From contig OZ218953.1 of assembly GCA_965112735.1 (NCBI GenBank), positions 2,542,001 through 2,606,000 of the forward strand: a DNA stretch of 64,000 nt, in the 5' to 3' direction. The position numbers were made by a program, and so were the translations under genes. Of the stretch, positions 37,367-49,066 are shown one piece after another. Source of the DNA: Phaeosaccion multiseriatum (Eukaryota > Protista > Ochrophyta, other classes). The notes under the pieces were generated by a model, which was given only the letters and a program-made list of their open reading frames with translations, was not told the DNA's origin and did no database searches. Positions within the stretch are counted from its first letter, which is position 1. Every line of letters starts with the position of its first letter.

Positions 37367-39636
37367 ATGGCCTCCCACGTACTGCCTCCGCAACAGTGTA
37401 GAGCGGCGGCAGAGCTTCTTGACGGAGAGCATGGTGCAGATCGGAAGGGGACAATGTGCCCGTCCCCAATGTCTCGCCACGAGCAAGAGTACAGAGCCAA
37501 GTGGTCCTCGTACGTGGACAACAAGTTGCGCCTTTCGTGTGAGAATGGTGCTGACGCTGCATGCCCAGGGTCTGGTGGTGACGAAGCTCAGTGCCATCGC
37601 CGCGGTGATCAGGGGAAGAGGGGAGGGGTCATTACAAACCTCGGTCACTCCATCACAGTGGAAGACCTCATCATTCTGGAGACAGTCATGCGGAAGTTAG
37701 GACTTCGTGATGGTGGTGGAGGAAGTCAAGCAGTGGCGCGAGAGAGGGAGGCATTACGACTCGCAGCAGAAGAAGAAAGAGGGCAGTTCAGCAACCAGGA
37801 ACCGCGGCGGGTGGACGTCTCGCAGGCACTTTCAAACATTGGACCGGAGGACGATGGAGCAGGGGTGGGAGAGGAAACTTTCATATTGAAAGAAGGAGAG
37901 AGCTTGGCGGCTCTCTGTTTCGGACCAGCTGAGGTGGACCCGGATCATTGCGGCCTTTCTGGTGCCGGTCCTTCGGATGGGCGGAGGCAACATTCGCGTG
38001 ATGGTTGTGATGGCCTCGGCGAAGGACCAGAGGAGGAAGAAGCGGCCTGGTTCGAGCTAGAGGAGGGAGGTGGAGGAAGGGGGGGCGAGACTCCCAGTCG
38101 GTCCGAGAGGGCCTCTGCTGCTGCTGATGATGATGATGGCTCTGCCTCACGATTCGCCGATAACGACAACAGTGCCGCTGCTTTCTTCTGTCTCCAAGAG
38201 GACTACGACCTAGATGTCTCTGCAGTTGTTCCAGAGGAGGAGGTCACTGCGTTGCTTGAACAGAGCGAAGTTTCCTTTCCGGAGACGAGAAACGCGGAGG
38301 CGGGAGCAGGAAGGTGTGTTGCAGATTGCTCGGAGGATGGGGGAGAGAACAATGGCCTTGAGGAGGGCGACATTAGCGGCGAGATAACTGTGATGTCAGA
38401 GAGGGAGGTATACGGGGAGCAAGCCGTGCGGGGCCAAGTTGGGGCGGCAGCGGAGCGTCCTCAAGTCGTTTGTTGCGAGTCGTCAAACTGGGTGGAAGGC
38501 TCGCAGGTCGTCAGTCATCTGGATAGAGGTCGGACTCCTCTTGTGACTCTCTCAAAGATCGGGGGGCAAGGCGGCACATGCGCTGTTGGGGAGGACTCGG
38601 CTGACGAGGAGGGATCCGTTTTGAGTGAAAGGATTGGTGAGAATGAGGACGTGAGTGCGTTGATTCCCGACTCGTGTTCGGGTGAGGAGGTTCAGCATGA
38701 AGTGCAGGGAGACGGGTGCGGCCGTACCTCCCAACAGATCATCGTACGCTACGAGAATGGTTTTGAGGAAGAAGCTGAGAAGGACCACGCTCCACTGGAC
38801 AGCAGTAGTATACTCGAGACTAGTAACCACAGCCTGACTGACTTCGGCGTTGAGGGTGATGATGGCGTGTTCGAATCCGACGACTGTGGCGACGATGCTC
38901 GTGCGACGTGCGGGCATGTCACTGCGACTCGGGTCTCTCCCCGGCAGCATAAGCATGAGAGAGAGAGAGTGAGGGAGGCAAGGACGGGCAGGAAGAGGCC
39001 CGGTGGAGATGAACGCGGAGCAGGGAGCGAGGCAGATGCGTCAAGTGGTGCTTCGTCAGCACCATCGGCAAGTGTAGCGCGACCCCAGAGGCAGAAGGTG
39101 GACGACATGGAGGAGAAACGCGACTCTCACACAGGCGACGACAGTTTGTCTGAGTTTTCAGACTCTGACGAGGGCGAAGAAGCACGGAATTCTCATGGCA
39201 GGAGGCGGCGGCGACACCAGCAGCAGCAGCTGAGAAAGAGCGGTGCTGAGCAAAGCAGAGCCCCAGACCGAGCATCGAAGTCGAGGTCTACTTTACTAGG
39301 TGTAGGCTTGCCGCCCAACCGCCGCTACAAGACTCTCGAGCTGAAGGGCCCCTCGTCCTCATCCAGGACTCGCTCGACAGGTGAGAGCACGTGGAGCCTA
39401 GAGTGCCGCGCGAAGGGCAAGGCAAAGAGGCTGGAGCGCGTTCTGGCCTGGGCCGTGCGCCGAGAGGAAGGACCGAGCGGCGCGCTATTCCGAGGGGGGG
39501 GCGGTGTGGTATCATCTTCTGTGGCGCCGTTCGAGGAGGAGGAGGAGGAGGAGGAGGAGGAGGAGGAGGAGGAGGAGGAAGGGGACAGCAGCAGCGGCAG
39601 CGACCGCAACAGTGCCTCTTCAGGGGAGGAGGGAGT

Positions 39637-39668
<32 letters not shown>

Positions 39669-40643
39669 CAGGGAGGGTCAAGAGGAGAGGACAACGGAGG
39701 CCCCGGGAGGAGGGGGAGGGGGAGGGGGAGGGGGTGGGTTTGCCTACGGTCAGGGGGGGACTCTTGAGCGACGGGCCTCGCGCTGACGGGCAGGCCGTTA
39801 TGCTGGCGCTGCTGCAGCGGTCCAAGGAGCACGAAGAGCTTCTGCAGCAGCACGGGGGGCAAGGGGAAGGAGAGGGGGGCACCTTGATTGTGGCCAGCAA
39901 GGTAAGGAGCACGAGGCGCTGGTGGGGAGGGTAATACTAGACATGGGTGCTTACTGTGTAACTGCCTTGCCTTGCCTTTGCCTTGCTGGGTGCCTGAAAA
40001 GGCGGAAAGGCGAAGTGCCTGAGGCCGGCCATGGGGGCACACAAGCACACACACACACACACCACCCCCTTTCCTCAGAGCAACTCACTCACTCACTTTT
40101 GTGCCATTGTATGTGTGTGCTTGTGTGGGGCCCATGACCAAAGTCTGATCCCCTAAACGGTACCCCCCCCCCCTGCCCCTCCCCCTTTACATGCACATGT
40201 ACGTGTACACAAAGGCGACACTGGCCTTGTGGACGTCCTCGCTTTCGTCCACACCATTCTCTGTGCTGTCGTACACAGGGCCCATGGCCCAAAGAAAACG
40301 CATGTCCATCGGCCATCTGAGACGCTTCGACGTTGTGCTCACCACTTTCGACACCCTGCGCGCCTGTGAGGTGGTCAACTGCTCGTACTCCGCCGCCCCC
40401 GAGAAGAAGAAGAAGAGCACAGCACCGACCAGGTGGGGCGGTGGCGGGTTGAGGCGTGAGCAGTCGATGGCTTCTTCTTGTTCATCGTCGTCGTTGTCGT
40501 TGTCGTCTGTGTCGTCGTCTGAGGAGGAGGAGGAGGAGGAGAAGGAGAAGGAGGAGCATCGAAAGATGGTGTCTCAGCTGCACAGAGTAGGCGCGTGGCA
40601 AAGAGTCATTGTGGTGAGTGGGTTACGGAGGCGAATCATTGCG

Positions 40644-40682
<39 letters not shown>

Positions 40683-41159
40683 TGCTGCGGCCGGTTGCAA
40701 CAAGTGTGTCATTGGAAGAAGAGGAGAGGAGGAGTGTCACCGATTACCGCAAGACAGACGGCGTGTGAGACGGACGATGGAAAGGAGGTGCCTCCTTATC
40801 GTTACCCCAGGTGGAAGTTCCCAAGGGGGGGGGGGGCTTCTTGCTCACTGCTCTCTGTTCCTGAGCAACGTCTCCCTTCCTCCCTCCTCTCCATCCGTCC
40901 CCCCATCCCTCCCTCCCCACCGCTCCCTCAGGACGATGCCCACATGCTGGCCAACAGTAAGACGTCCCGTGCCGCTGCCGTGTGTGAGCTGAGCGCGGTG
41001 TGCCGCTGGTGCCTCCTGGACCGTGCCGACTTGCCTCGCGTGCAGAACACTTCGGACCGCATGCGCAGTCTCTTCACCTTCCTCGGTGTGCCTCGGCGTG
41101 TGTCACTGGCTACGGCTGCCGAGAGCATCATGTACAGTAGACCCTCTATCGTCACGTGA
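37367..41159 (+). CDS. Acidic disordered protein ending in a degenerate Rad5/Rad16-type SNF2 N-lobe; 3 exons
   Basis: Exons ~37367-39901 (..GGTLIVASK), 40215-40613 (ATLALW..VLSYTG..FDVVLTTFDTL..SQLHRVGAWQRVIV), 40932-41159 (DDAHMLANSKTSRAAAVCELSAVCRWCL..SLFTFLG..stop). Start could be 37247. Confidence 0.75.
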
Positions 41160-41382
41160 TGTGAAGTTTATCTTTTGATGTGATGTGAAGTGACGCCATC
41201 TTTTGTTCATTCGGTTGGGCAGTGGGGCGGCGGCGGCGGCGGTGGTGGTGGTGGTGTGACCGAGAGAGAGAGAGAGAGGGCTTAGATGGACGAAGGCACA
41301 AATTTTGATTTAAAAAAAAAAAAAACTAATTCTAAATACTCCTATGTACAGTTCTTTCCATGCCGACATCGTCGCGATTTGA

Positions 41383-42641
41383 CTACGCTGTTGTAGCTTC
41401 CGCTGTTTCTGCTGCTCCTGCTGCTGTTGCTGCTGTTGCTGCTTCTGCTGTATCACCAACTGCTGCTCCTGCGGCTCCTCCCCGCTCGTGCGCCTTGAGA
41501 TGGTCACAGCCAATGAGCTTGGGCAGCTTGGTCTCCCTCTCCCACCACTGCACGGGAGAGGTCTCGATCTTGCCTGAGAAGGGAGGCAGGGGGGGGGGGT
41601 TACAGAATGGCAACAGCACACAAAAGAGAACGATACACACAAAACAAACAACAAAGTGGAGCTGAGAACCACGCGCTGCCTGGCCTGGATGGTGATGGCG
41701 AGAGGCGCACCGAAGAAGTCAGTAAAACCAAGCCAAGCTCAAGCTTAACCCACACACCCCTCCACCCAGCGTCACCGGAGGAAAGCACACCTGTTAACGC
41801 CTCGAGGCCCGTGGGGGTGACGAGGAAGGTGTGTTCGAACTGCGCGCTCCGACCTCCGTCTTTCGTAACGGCCGTCCACTGGTCGTCCCACATGTTGTGC
41901 TTCGCTGTGCCTTCACAGATCATGGGCTCAATGGTAAATGTTTGGCCCACCTGTTGGTTGAGAGGAGGGGGGGGGAGGGGTAGAGGCAGGGAAGGAAGGA
42001 AGGAAGGAAGGAAGGAAAAAAAGGTCCAGCACGGGGAGAGGTAGGGAGAGAGCAAGGGCCAGAGCATGAGAAAGCGAAGTAACGACAAGTCCGACGGCCC
42101 TTCCGGACTGACTCAATAACCCGAGTCGCGTTGCAGAGTACATCGGACTACGGAGCATGCTCTCCGGGCCTGTTTTGTCTTTCAAGCGCTGCTGTGCTGT
42201 GAGTGAGTGGCCTTGCGTCACCTTCATGATGCCGTTGGGCTCCTTGTTCCTGGCGTGCAGCACGGTGGGGGAGGTGTGGAAGGTCTTGCCAATGCCGTGC
42301 CCGCAGAAGTTGATGCTCGTGCTGAAGCCCTCCTTCTCGATAATCTCCTCTATTATACCACCGATGTCCTGAGGACGACAAGGAAGGGGTGGTGCCAGGG
42401 AAGGAGGTATAGAGAGACAGGCAATGCGAACACGCTGAGTTGGATTCCAATGTGCAAGAAGAGGAGGATGCTGAAGGAAACCGCGCGTGCCGGTCACATA
42501 GCACAGCCACAGTCATGAGTCAATAGTCGGTCAAGTACCTGAAAGGCCTTCCCTGGCTTGCAAAACGCCGCGGACGTTTGCCAAGAGTCGAAGGTGGTTT
42601 GAATGAGCTTCTTGGCTTCATCGTCCACCTGCAGCAGCAGA

Positions 42642-42675
<34 letters not shown>

Positions 42676-44079
42676 GCGGCGGCGGCGGTGGTGGCGGCAG
42701 CAACACCCACAAGAGACAGATGGAAGGGGCGGAGTCAGGTATAAGAGACAGAGAGAGCCCAGGATCCTTCGAATCCGTGGCAGCGAGGGGGCAGGGACGC
42801 ATGCATGTCCGCCCATGGCTTCCTAAGCGGGGAGAGAAGCGGCGCACGTATGTGCTGCACAGTACAGAGGAGCGAAGGCAGCACCACTTCGCGGGTGTGG
42901 CCAATGGCCTGAGTTTCCTTTTCCGCAGCCATCGCTCGAGGCCCTGCCTGTACAGTACACCTGACAGCATGCCTGCCCCGCCTCACAGAGCTCACACACG
43001 CCCGCACCCGGCAACTGTCTCACGTACCACCCCCTCATTTGTTTCTCTCTCATGCACACACATACACATACACACACTCTCTCTCTGCGTTCGTGTGTGT
43101 GTGTCTCTCTGTCAGTCACTCACTCACTCACTCACGCACCTCTCCGACGCAGAACATCTCGCTGCAGTCCCCGTGGTAGCCTCCCACGAAGCACGTCACA
43201 TCAACATTGATCACGTCCCCCTCCTTGAGCACAGATGAGTCGGGAATGCCGTGACAAATGACCTCGTTCACGGATGTGCAGCATGACTTGGGAAAGCCGC
43301 AGTAGTTCAGAGGGGAGGGGTAGCCCCCCCTCTTCAGAGTCTCCTCGTGCACGATTCGGTCGATTTCGTCCGTCGTCACCCCCGGCGCTACCGCTCGGCC
43401 GGCAATGTCCAGCACCTCTCGAGCCACACGGCCTGCTATCCGCATGGCGGCGATATCCTGGGCATTGGGGAGGGGGTGGGGGTGAGGGGGTGTTGAGGGT
43501 ACGAGGGACGAGGAAAGCCAAGGAGAGATGAGAGCATGGAAGAGAAGAGCAGAGCCAGCCATGGTGAGAACAGGACATGAGAGGAAAGAGGAATTGGAAC
43601 TGAGAGGACACATGAAAAACCCGGCCCTCCTCCTCCTCCCTCACTACTCTTTCCTTCACTCCTTCCCTTACCTCCGCGTTCTTCTCCTCAATCATCCAGG
43701 GAAAGCGCTGACGGTTGGGTCCGGGCTTTCCAGTGACCGCGTAGTCTGGCTTCATGATTTCGTCCGGCACTACACGCCTCGGGGAGAGCTTTCCAGGCAC
43801 CACCTTGCCCGAGTAGCTGAAAGTCTTTGCGCTCTTCACAGTCTTCTTCTTCTTCTTCTTTCCAGCCGAGGTACCGAAACCCCCGCCCATCATCTTCATC
43901 TTCTCCCCTACGCTCCCCACGCCCCTCCCCCTCCCATTCGTTGCTGCTCCTGCCGCGGGTGGCGGTGATGGGTGTGATGACCTTCCATTCCCCACTACGG
44001 TCGAGCTAGGAACTACGAAGGCAGCTACTGTGTGAGAAAGCAACAGCACCGTTGCTGTCACTCCTGCTGCTGTCCTCAT
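41383..44079 (-). CDS. MAP1: Plastid methionine aminopeptidase type 1; 6 exons
   Basis: Presequence ..HTVAA-F; PDYAVTG; [13 protein letters not shown]; [28 protein letters not shown]; [11 protein letters not shown]; FCGHGIG..FHTSP; FTIEPMI; [11 protein letters not shown]. Exons 44079-43672, ~43457-43139, ~42628-42538, ~42368-42222, ~41950-41792, ~41573-41383. Confidence 0.95.
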
Positions 44080-44226
44080 CCTTGCCTTCTCCCACGTTCG
44101 CACACTGTCTCCTCTTGTCAAGCCGTGCAAACAAGAATGAAAATGTCCACCCCGGGAAAGTGCAGCAGTTGGTGCATCGAGCAGTTGGGCGAAGGATCAC
44201 AAAGAAAACAAACAAACACCTCCATC

Positions 44227-46442
44227 ATGCCTTCGGCTGCCAGCTCTGCAGCGGAGGGAGGAAAGCTACATGAGCTGATATCCAACCTGGTCGACACCCG
44301 CCTGAAGCAGTGCGAACCGCGGCAGCTGAGGGTCGACACGAGGAGGCCGGCAACTGCATCGGGTGTAGGACGAGTGCCAGCAGCAGCGACGAGAGGGATG
44401 ACTGGTAGCAGTAGCGCTACGACGCTTCGTTCTGGGCAGCAGCGAAAAGACCTGAGCAAGTCAGGCCGGCAGCGTTCTTACCAGCAAATGCAGCAAGAAC
44501 ATGGGGCCAAGCGCAGACAGCAGGGAGCTAGGACTACTGCGGCCGAGGGCCCAGTGTCCAGCGGTGCTGAGGACGCGTTTCCGCTCAGGACGGAGGAAGA
44601 GGCGGACTGGCCTGGTGCTCACTGTCCTCCTTTCCCCTCGAACGTGGAACAACTAGGCCTGCAAGGCCAAGTTCTGTATCTAAAGGTCAAGGCGGACTCG
44701 TGTCTTCACACCGCGGAGATGGCACGGATGGGTATCAACGTAGGAGCAGGGCGATCTGCTTGGAATCGGAGTATAGAGGATGTACATGAGGAGGAGGGTG
44801 GGGCGGTAGGGGCAAGAAGAGATGGAGGCGCGAATCAAGGGCGGCGCTTCATAAGAAAAGGCTGGGAAGAGCAAGTAGGAAAGGGCGAGGGCAAAGGTAC
44901 TTCGAGAGAGCTGCACAGCCCGGGAGCACGTGGAATCACGTTTGAGGGATTAAGTGGAGGAGGAAGGGTAAGAGGAGGAGGAGGAGGAGGAGGAGGAGGA
45001 GGAGGAGGAGGAGGAGGAGGAAAGGTGGATGCCCACTTGGCGTCTCCAAGCTCCTCGCATCCTCCATCAGCAGCACCCCCCTCGCCAGCCGCGCCCGTGA
45101 AGGAGGAGTCCTGCTTTGAGCAGTACTTGAGTCTTGTCGAAAGCGCACTCCTGACATATGACCAGGCTTGGGGTATGGCAGCGGACCCCAATCAGGGCCT
45201 GCCCACTCACCACTCCCTCCGCTTGGAGCTGGGCCTCAGCGTGACTCGCGTGCTGCTCGAGCATGCGCGAAGCCCCGTAGATGCGTGGAATGCGGGCTAT
45301 GGCGTGTACACGCAGGCGGCTGCGCACGTGGACCAGTTGGATGAGCTAGGTATGTTGGTGCTCCAGCGGTTAAGGGATTTACTTGGCAGTGTCGAAGAGT
45401 ACGTGAGGCGTGAGGCGGCGAGCGAAGGACAAGAGCCGAGTGAGTCCCATGGGTATGCTCGTAAAGGAGGAACAGCGTCAGCAGTTGGTGATACAGCACC
45501 TCCGAAGGGTGAGCAAGGTGTTCCGACAGGGAGTTGCGGGGCTTCAACGGGAGCTCCCGCAAAGGGGGGTGCGCTGTTACCCTTGGATGGTACATTGAGG
45601 CGTGGAGAGGAAGAGAAGAAGAACAAAAAGCAGCAGGAGGAGGTGGAGGAGGAGGAGGAGCAAAGGAGGCTTCGCTTCAGTGTTGTGATGAGCAAGATGA
45701 AGGCGACTTTCTCGAGCTCCTCTCTCGGCCTCAAACGGGCAGTGGGCCAAGAGCATGGGCAGGCGCAGGTGAGCGGATCGATCCATTCTGCGAGGTCGGA
45801 GGGAGGGACTGGTGGTGCAATTGACTGTTGAACAGAAGTGCTCTGCAGTCATGCAAAGACTTCCGGACTTGTCATGGAAAAGCCGCCGCAATTAATGTAG
45901 TGTTGCGAGAACGGAGGAGGGCAGATGATGGATGACGAAGAGAGAGAGAGAGAGAGAGAAGAGAGAGCTGACCGAGAGAGAAAGAGACAGGGGGTGGACT
46001 AGAACTGACTGACAGGGAGGTCTGACCGAGGGAGACAGATAGAAAGAGGGCTCACCGTGTAGCACTGCCATGTGTGGGCTGTACTGTTGTATTCTCCCCC
46101 CCCCCCCCCTCCCTCTTGCAGAGGCCGGCTCGCTCCTCGTCCAACACGCCTGTCGTGAGTGGGGCGGCGGCGGAGACGCAGCGCGTGAGGCAGCTCTTCA
46201 GGGTGCCGGTAAGTATGTATGTTATTCGGAAGTGCGTGGCCCTCCTCCTCCTCCTCCTCCTCCTCCTCCTCCTCCTCCTCCTCCTCCTCCTCCTCCTCCT
46301 CCTCCTCCTCCTCCTCCTCCTCCTCCTCCTCCTCCTCCTCCTCCTCCTCCTCCTCCTCCTCCTCCTCCTCCTCCTCCTCCTCCTCCTCCTCCTCCTCCTC
46401 CTCTTCCTTCTCCTCCTCCTCCTCCTTCTCCTCCTCCTCCTT

Positions 46443-46473
<31 letters not shown>

Positions 46474-46688
46474 TCCTCCTCCTCCTCCTTCCCCCTCCTC
46501 CTCGTCCTCCTCCTCCTCCTCCTCCTCCTCCTCCTCCTCCTCCTCCTCCTCCTCCTCCTCCTCCTCCTCCTCCTCCTCCCCCTTTGAAGCCACTTCTATG
46601 GACCGATGTCGCAAGTCCCCCCTCTGCGCCCCGCTTGCGGACCCACTTCACTCCACCCGCCCCCCCCTACGGCCCCGATACTGTATCC

Positions 46689-46743
<55 letters not shown>

Positions 46744-47319
46744 TGCCTCCCCCGGCCTCGGTCACCCTCGCTCCCCCCCCACCTTCGTCCTCCCCTCCTC
46801 CAGCCGGTGCCCTTGTCAGAGGTGTCTCCCTCCCACACGGAGGTCCTTGCCGCTCTGAGAGACATGTTCGCCTCCTACTCCGTGGGCAATGTCGTTGTCC
46901 TCGCACAGACGGACGGCACGCACGCTAAGATGCAGGTGCGTGCGTGAGTGCGTGGGTGAGCGAGCCCCATCTCCCTGGCTCACATGGCCACAAGTAGGAG
47001 TCCATCCAGGGCGGGTGTCCTCACTCGTGTATACTCATTCAACGAATCTCTTCGTCTGTACGCACTGTGCCCGCGCTCTCTCTCTCTGTCTCTCGGTCTC
47101 TCTCTCTCTCTTACTCTCTCGCTCCCTCTGTACTTTCTTTCTCTCCGTTTCTCTCCCTCTCTCTCTTTGTGCGTGTATGTGTGTGTGCGCAGGGCAAGTC
47201 CGTCGCGCTGAGCGAGGTGCTGCTGCAAGGCCCGTTCATGAGCTGGAGAGGGTTCGAGGCCATGGCAGGCGACTTCAACCTGGCACCAGTCGTGCCGCCA
47301 TCGGTGGGGGGGGGCTCAC

Positions 47320-47352
<33 letters not shown>

Positions 47353-48221
47353 TGGTGATGCAGCAGCAGAGCCAAGGAGACTTCCTCCTGAGCGCGCTGC
47401 AGCTCCGCGTTGTGTTTCTCGCGTCTGCTATGCACGAGTCCCGGGTACGTGTGTGTGTGTGATGGGGGGTGTGACTGAAGGGGGGGGTGGGGAGGGGAGA
47501 TGACGAGTGGAGAGGTTTGGAGGAGGCATGTTCGTAGGATGGGATGATAAGCCCGTCCCTCCATGACGCTCACAACGGGACGCTAGCCATTGGCGTCTGA
47601 AGCAGTTCAGTAGCTCGCTTCCATTGGATTAGCCGGCCTCTCCACCCCTCTGCCCCTCCCTCCGTTGATCTAATCTTGGCGCATCTGCTCCGTTCGCTTG
47701 TGATGAAATTGGGCCTCTGCACGATAAACAGGTGGTGTCCATGTACGAGAGCGATGGAGGCACCGCCACAGGTTCGGGGAAGGGAGAGGAAGAAGAAGGG
47801 GCAGCAGGAGTAGCAGCAGCAGCAGCAGCAGCAGCAGGAGGAGGAGGAGGAGGAGAAAGCGGGGGAGTGTCTGCGGGAAAGGGGATAGTTGAACCCGTTG
47901 TGACGCGACAGCAGACCATGAACCCGTGGGAGGACGCCACGCAGCGCTTCGGCCGCGAAGAAGATGACTTTTGGAGCACGGTGGCGGATCAAGTGGGAGG
48001 GGGCGCAGCACCAGGAGGAGAAGGAGCCTCGAAGGGGTGGGGAGGAGAAGCAGCAGGAGGGGCTGTGAAGCAAGCCCCCCGCCGGAACAGTAGGGACAAG
48101 CAGCAGCAGCAGCAGCAGCAGGGGTGGCCGCCGTCTTCGGTGGGCTTGAACTTCGCTCAGGTGGGGCTTCCGGACGTGGGGGGGGGGGCTGAGTGAGTAG
48201 GGAGTATTGAGTATTGAGTCT

Positions 48222-48262
<41 letters not shown>

Positions 48263-48613
48263 CCTCCTCGACTTCCTCTCTGCTTCGTAACTCCCTCCTG
48301 ACCATGTTCCTCTTGTTCTCTCCTCCCCCCTCCCCCCTTTGTTGTGCAGTTCGTGGACGCCATTGGTCGCTGCGGCTTAGTCGGCTTTGGCGCAGGGCAC
48401 GTGCAAGCGGTCTTCAACACCCCCCTTGAGCGGGTGCAAGCGGCGTTCCTGACGCAGATGGGCCTGCTGAATGAACGCACTTGGAGGGCGAGGGTGAGGA
48501 GCCACATCCATGCAGCCGAGTCCGTCCAAGCCCAGCAGGAGAAGCAGCAGCACTTGATGATACAGCACCAGCAGAACACGACAAGGCGGAGATCGTCTAC
48601 GGGTGGAGCGTGA
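44227..48613 (+). CDS. Divergent 14-3-3-like domain fused to a C-terminal EF-hand-like helical region; ~6 exons
   Basis: GQVLYLKVKADSCLHTAE (cf. KVFYLKMKGDYYRYLAE); TYDQAWGMA..LPTHHSLRLELGLSVTRVLLEHARSPVDAWNAG..AAAHVDQLD..GMLVLQRLRDLL (cf. 14-3-3 helices 6-9). Exons 44227-~45768, ~46121-46208, 46804-46935, 47193-~47444, ~47732-48160, 48350-48613. Confidence 0.75.
46241..46578. repeat. ~340-bp interrupted (CCT)n tract in an intron, followed by (GCCT)n at ~46692-46750
   Basis: Direct reading of sequence. Confidence 0.95.
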
Positions 48614-49066
48614 GCGTGAGGAGCCGAATATCCGAGCAAGCCCGAATAGAAGGTTGTTATTATATTTATTACACCCTTAAGTGCCATCTATGGTTGTCTA
48701 AAAGTAACGCTTTGTCTCCCACCGCCCCGGGGAACTTAGCCCCCGATCGACCCCGAGGTCGTAATCCCTCCGGGGAAAAGCTGATACCAGCCAGGACCCT
48801 GTGTCGAATCGATCGCTCGTGTCGGGCCCGCTGGAGCGCCACGGCCAATCGCTTCCGAATGACGCAAACAGCTCTCGCATAAGCCCTTATGTCCAGATGT
48901 TCGTGCCCCCCAGCCATGTGGGAGAGAGTCGAAAAGGTGCCAAGTGTGAAATATGTCAAATGACAAATGGACGAATTTCCAACGTGTGTACGATGTTTCC
49001 CTCCTCCACATCTCCACGTCTTCTATCCGACACATATTTAAAAGGAATAGAGAAGACTTATAATCC

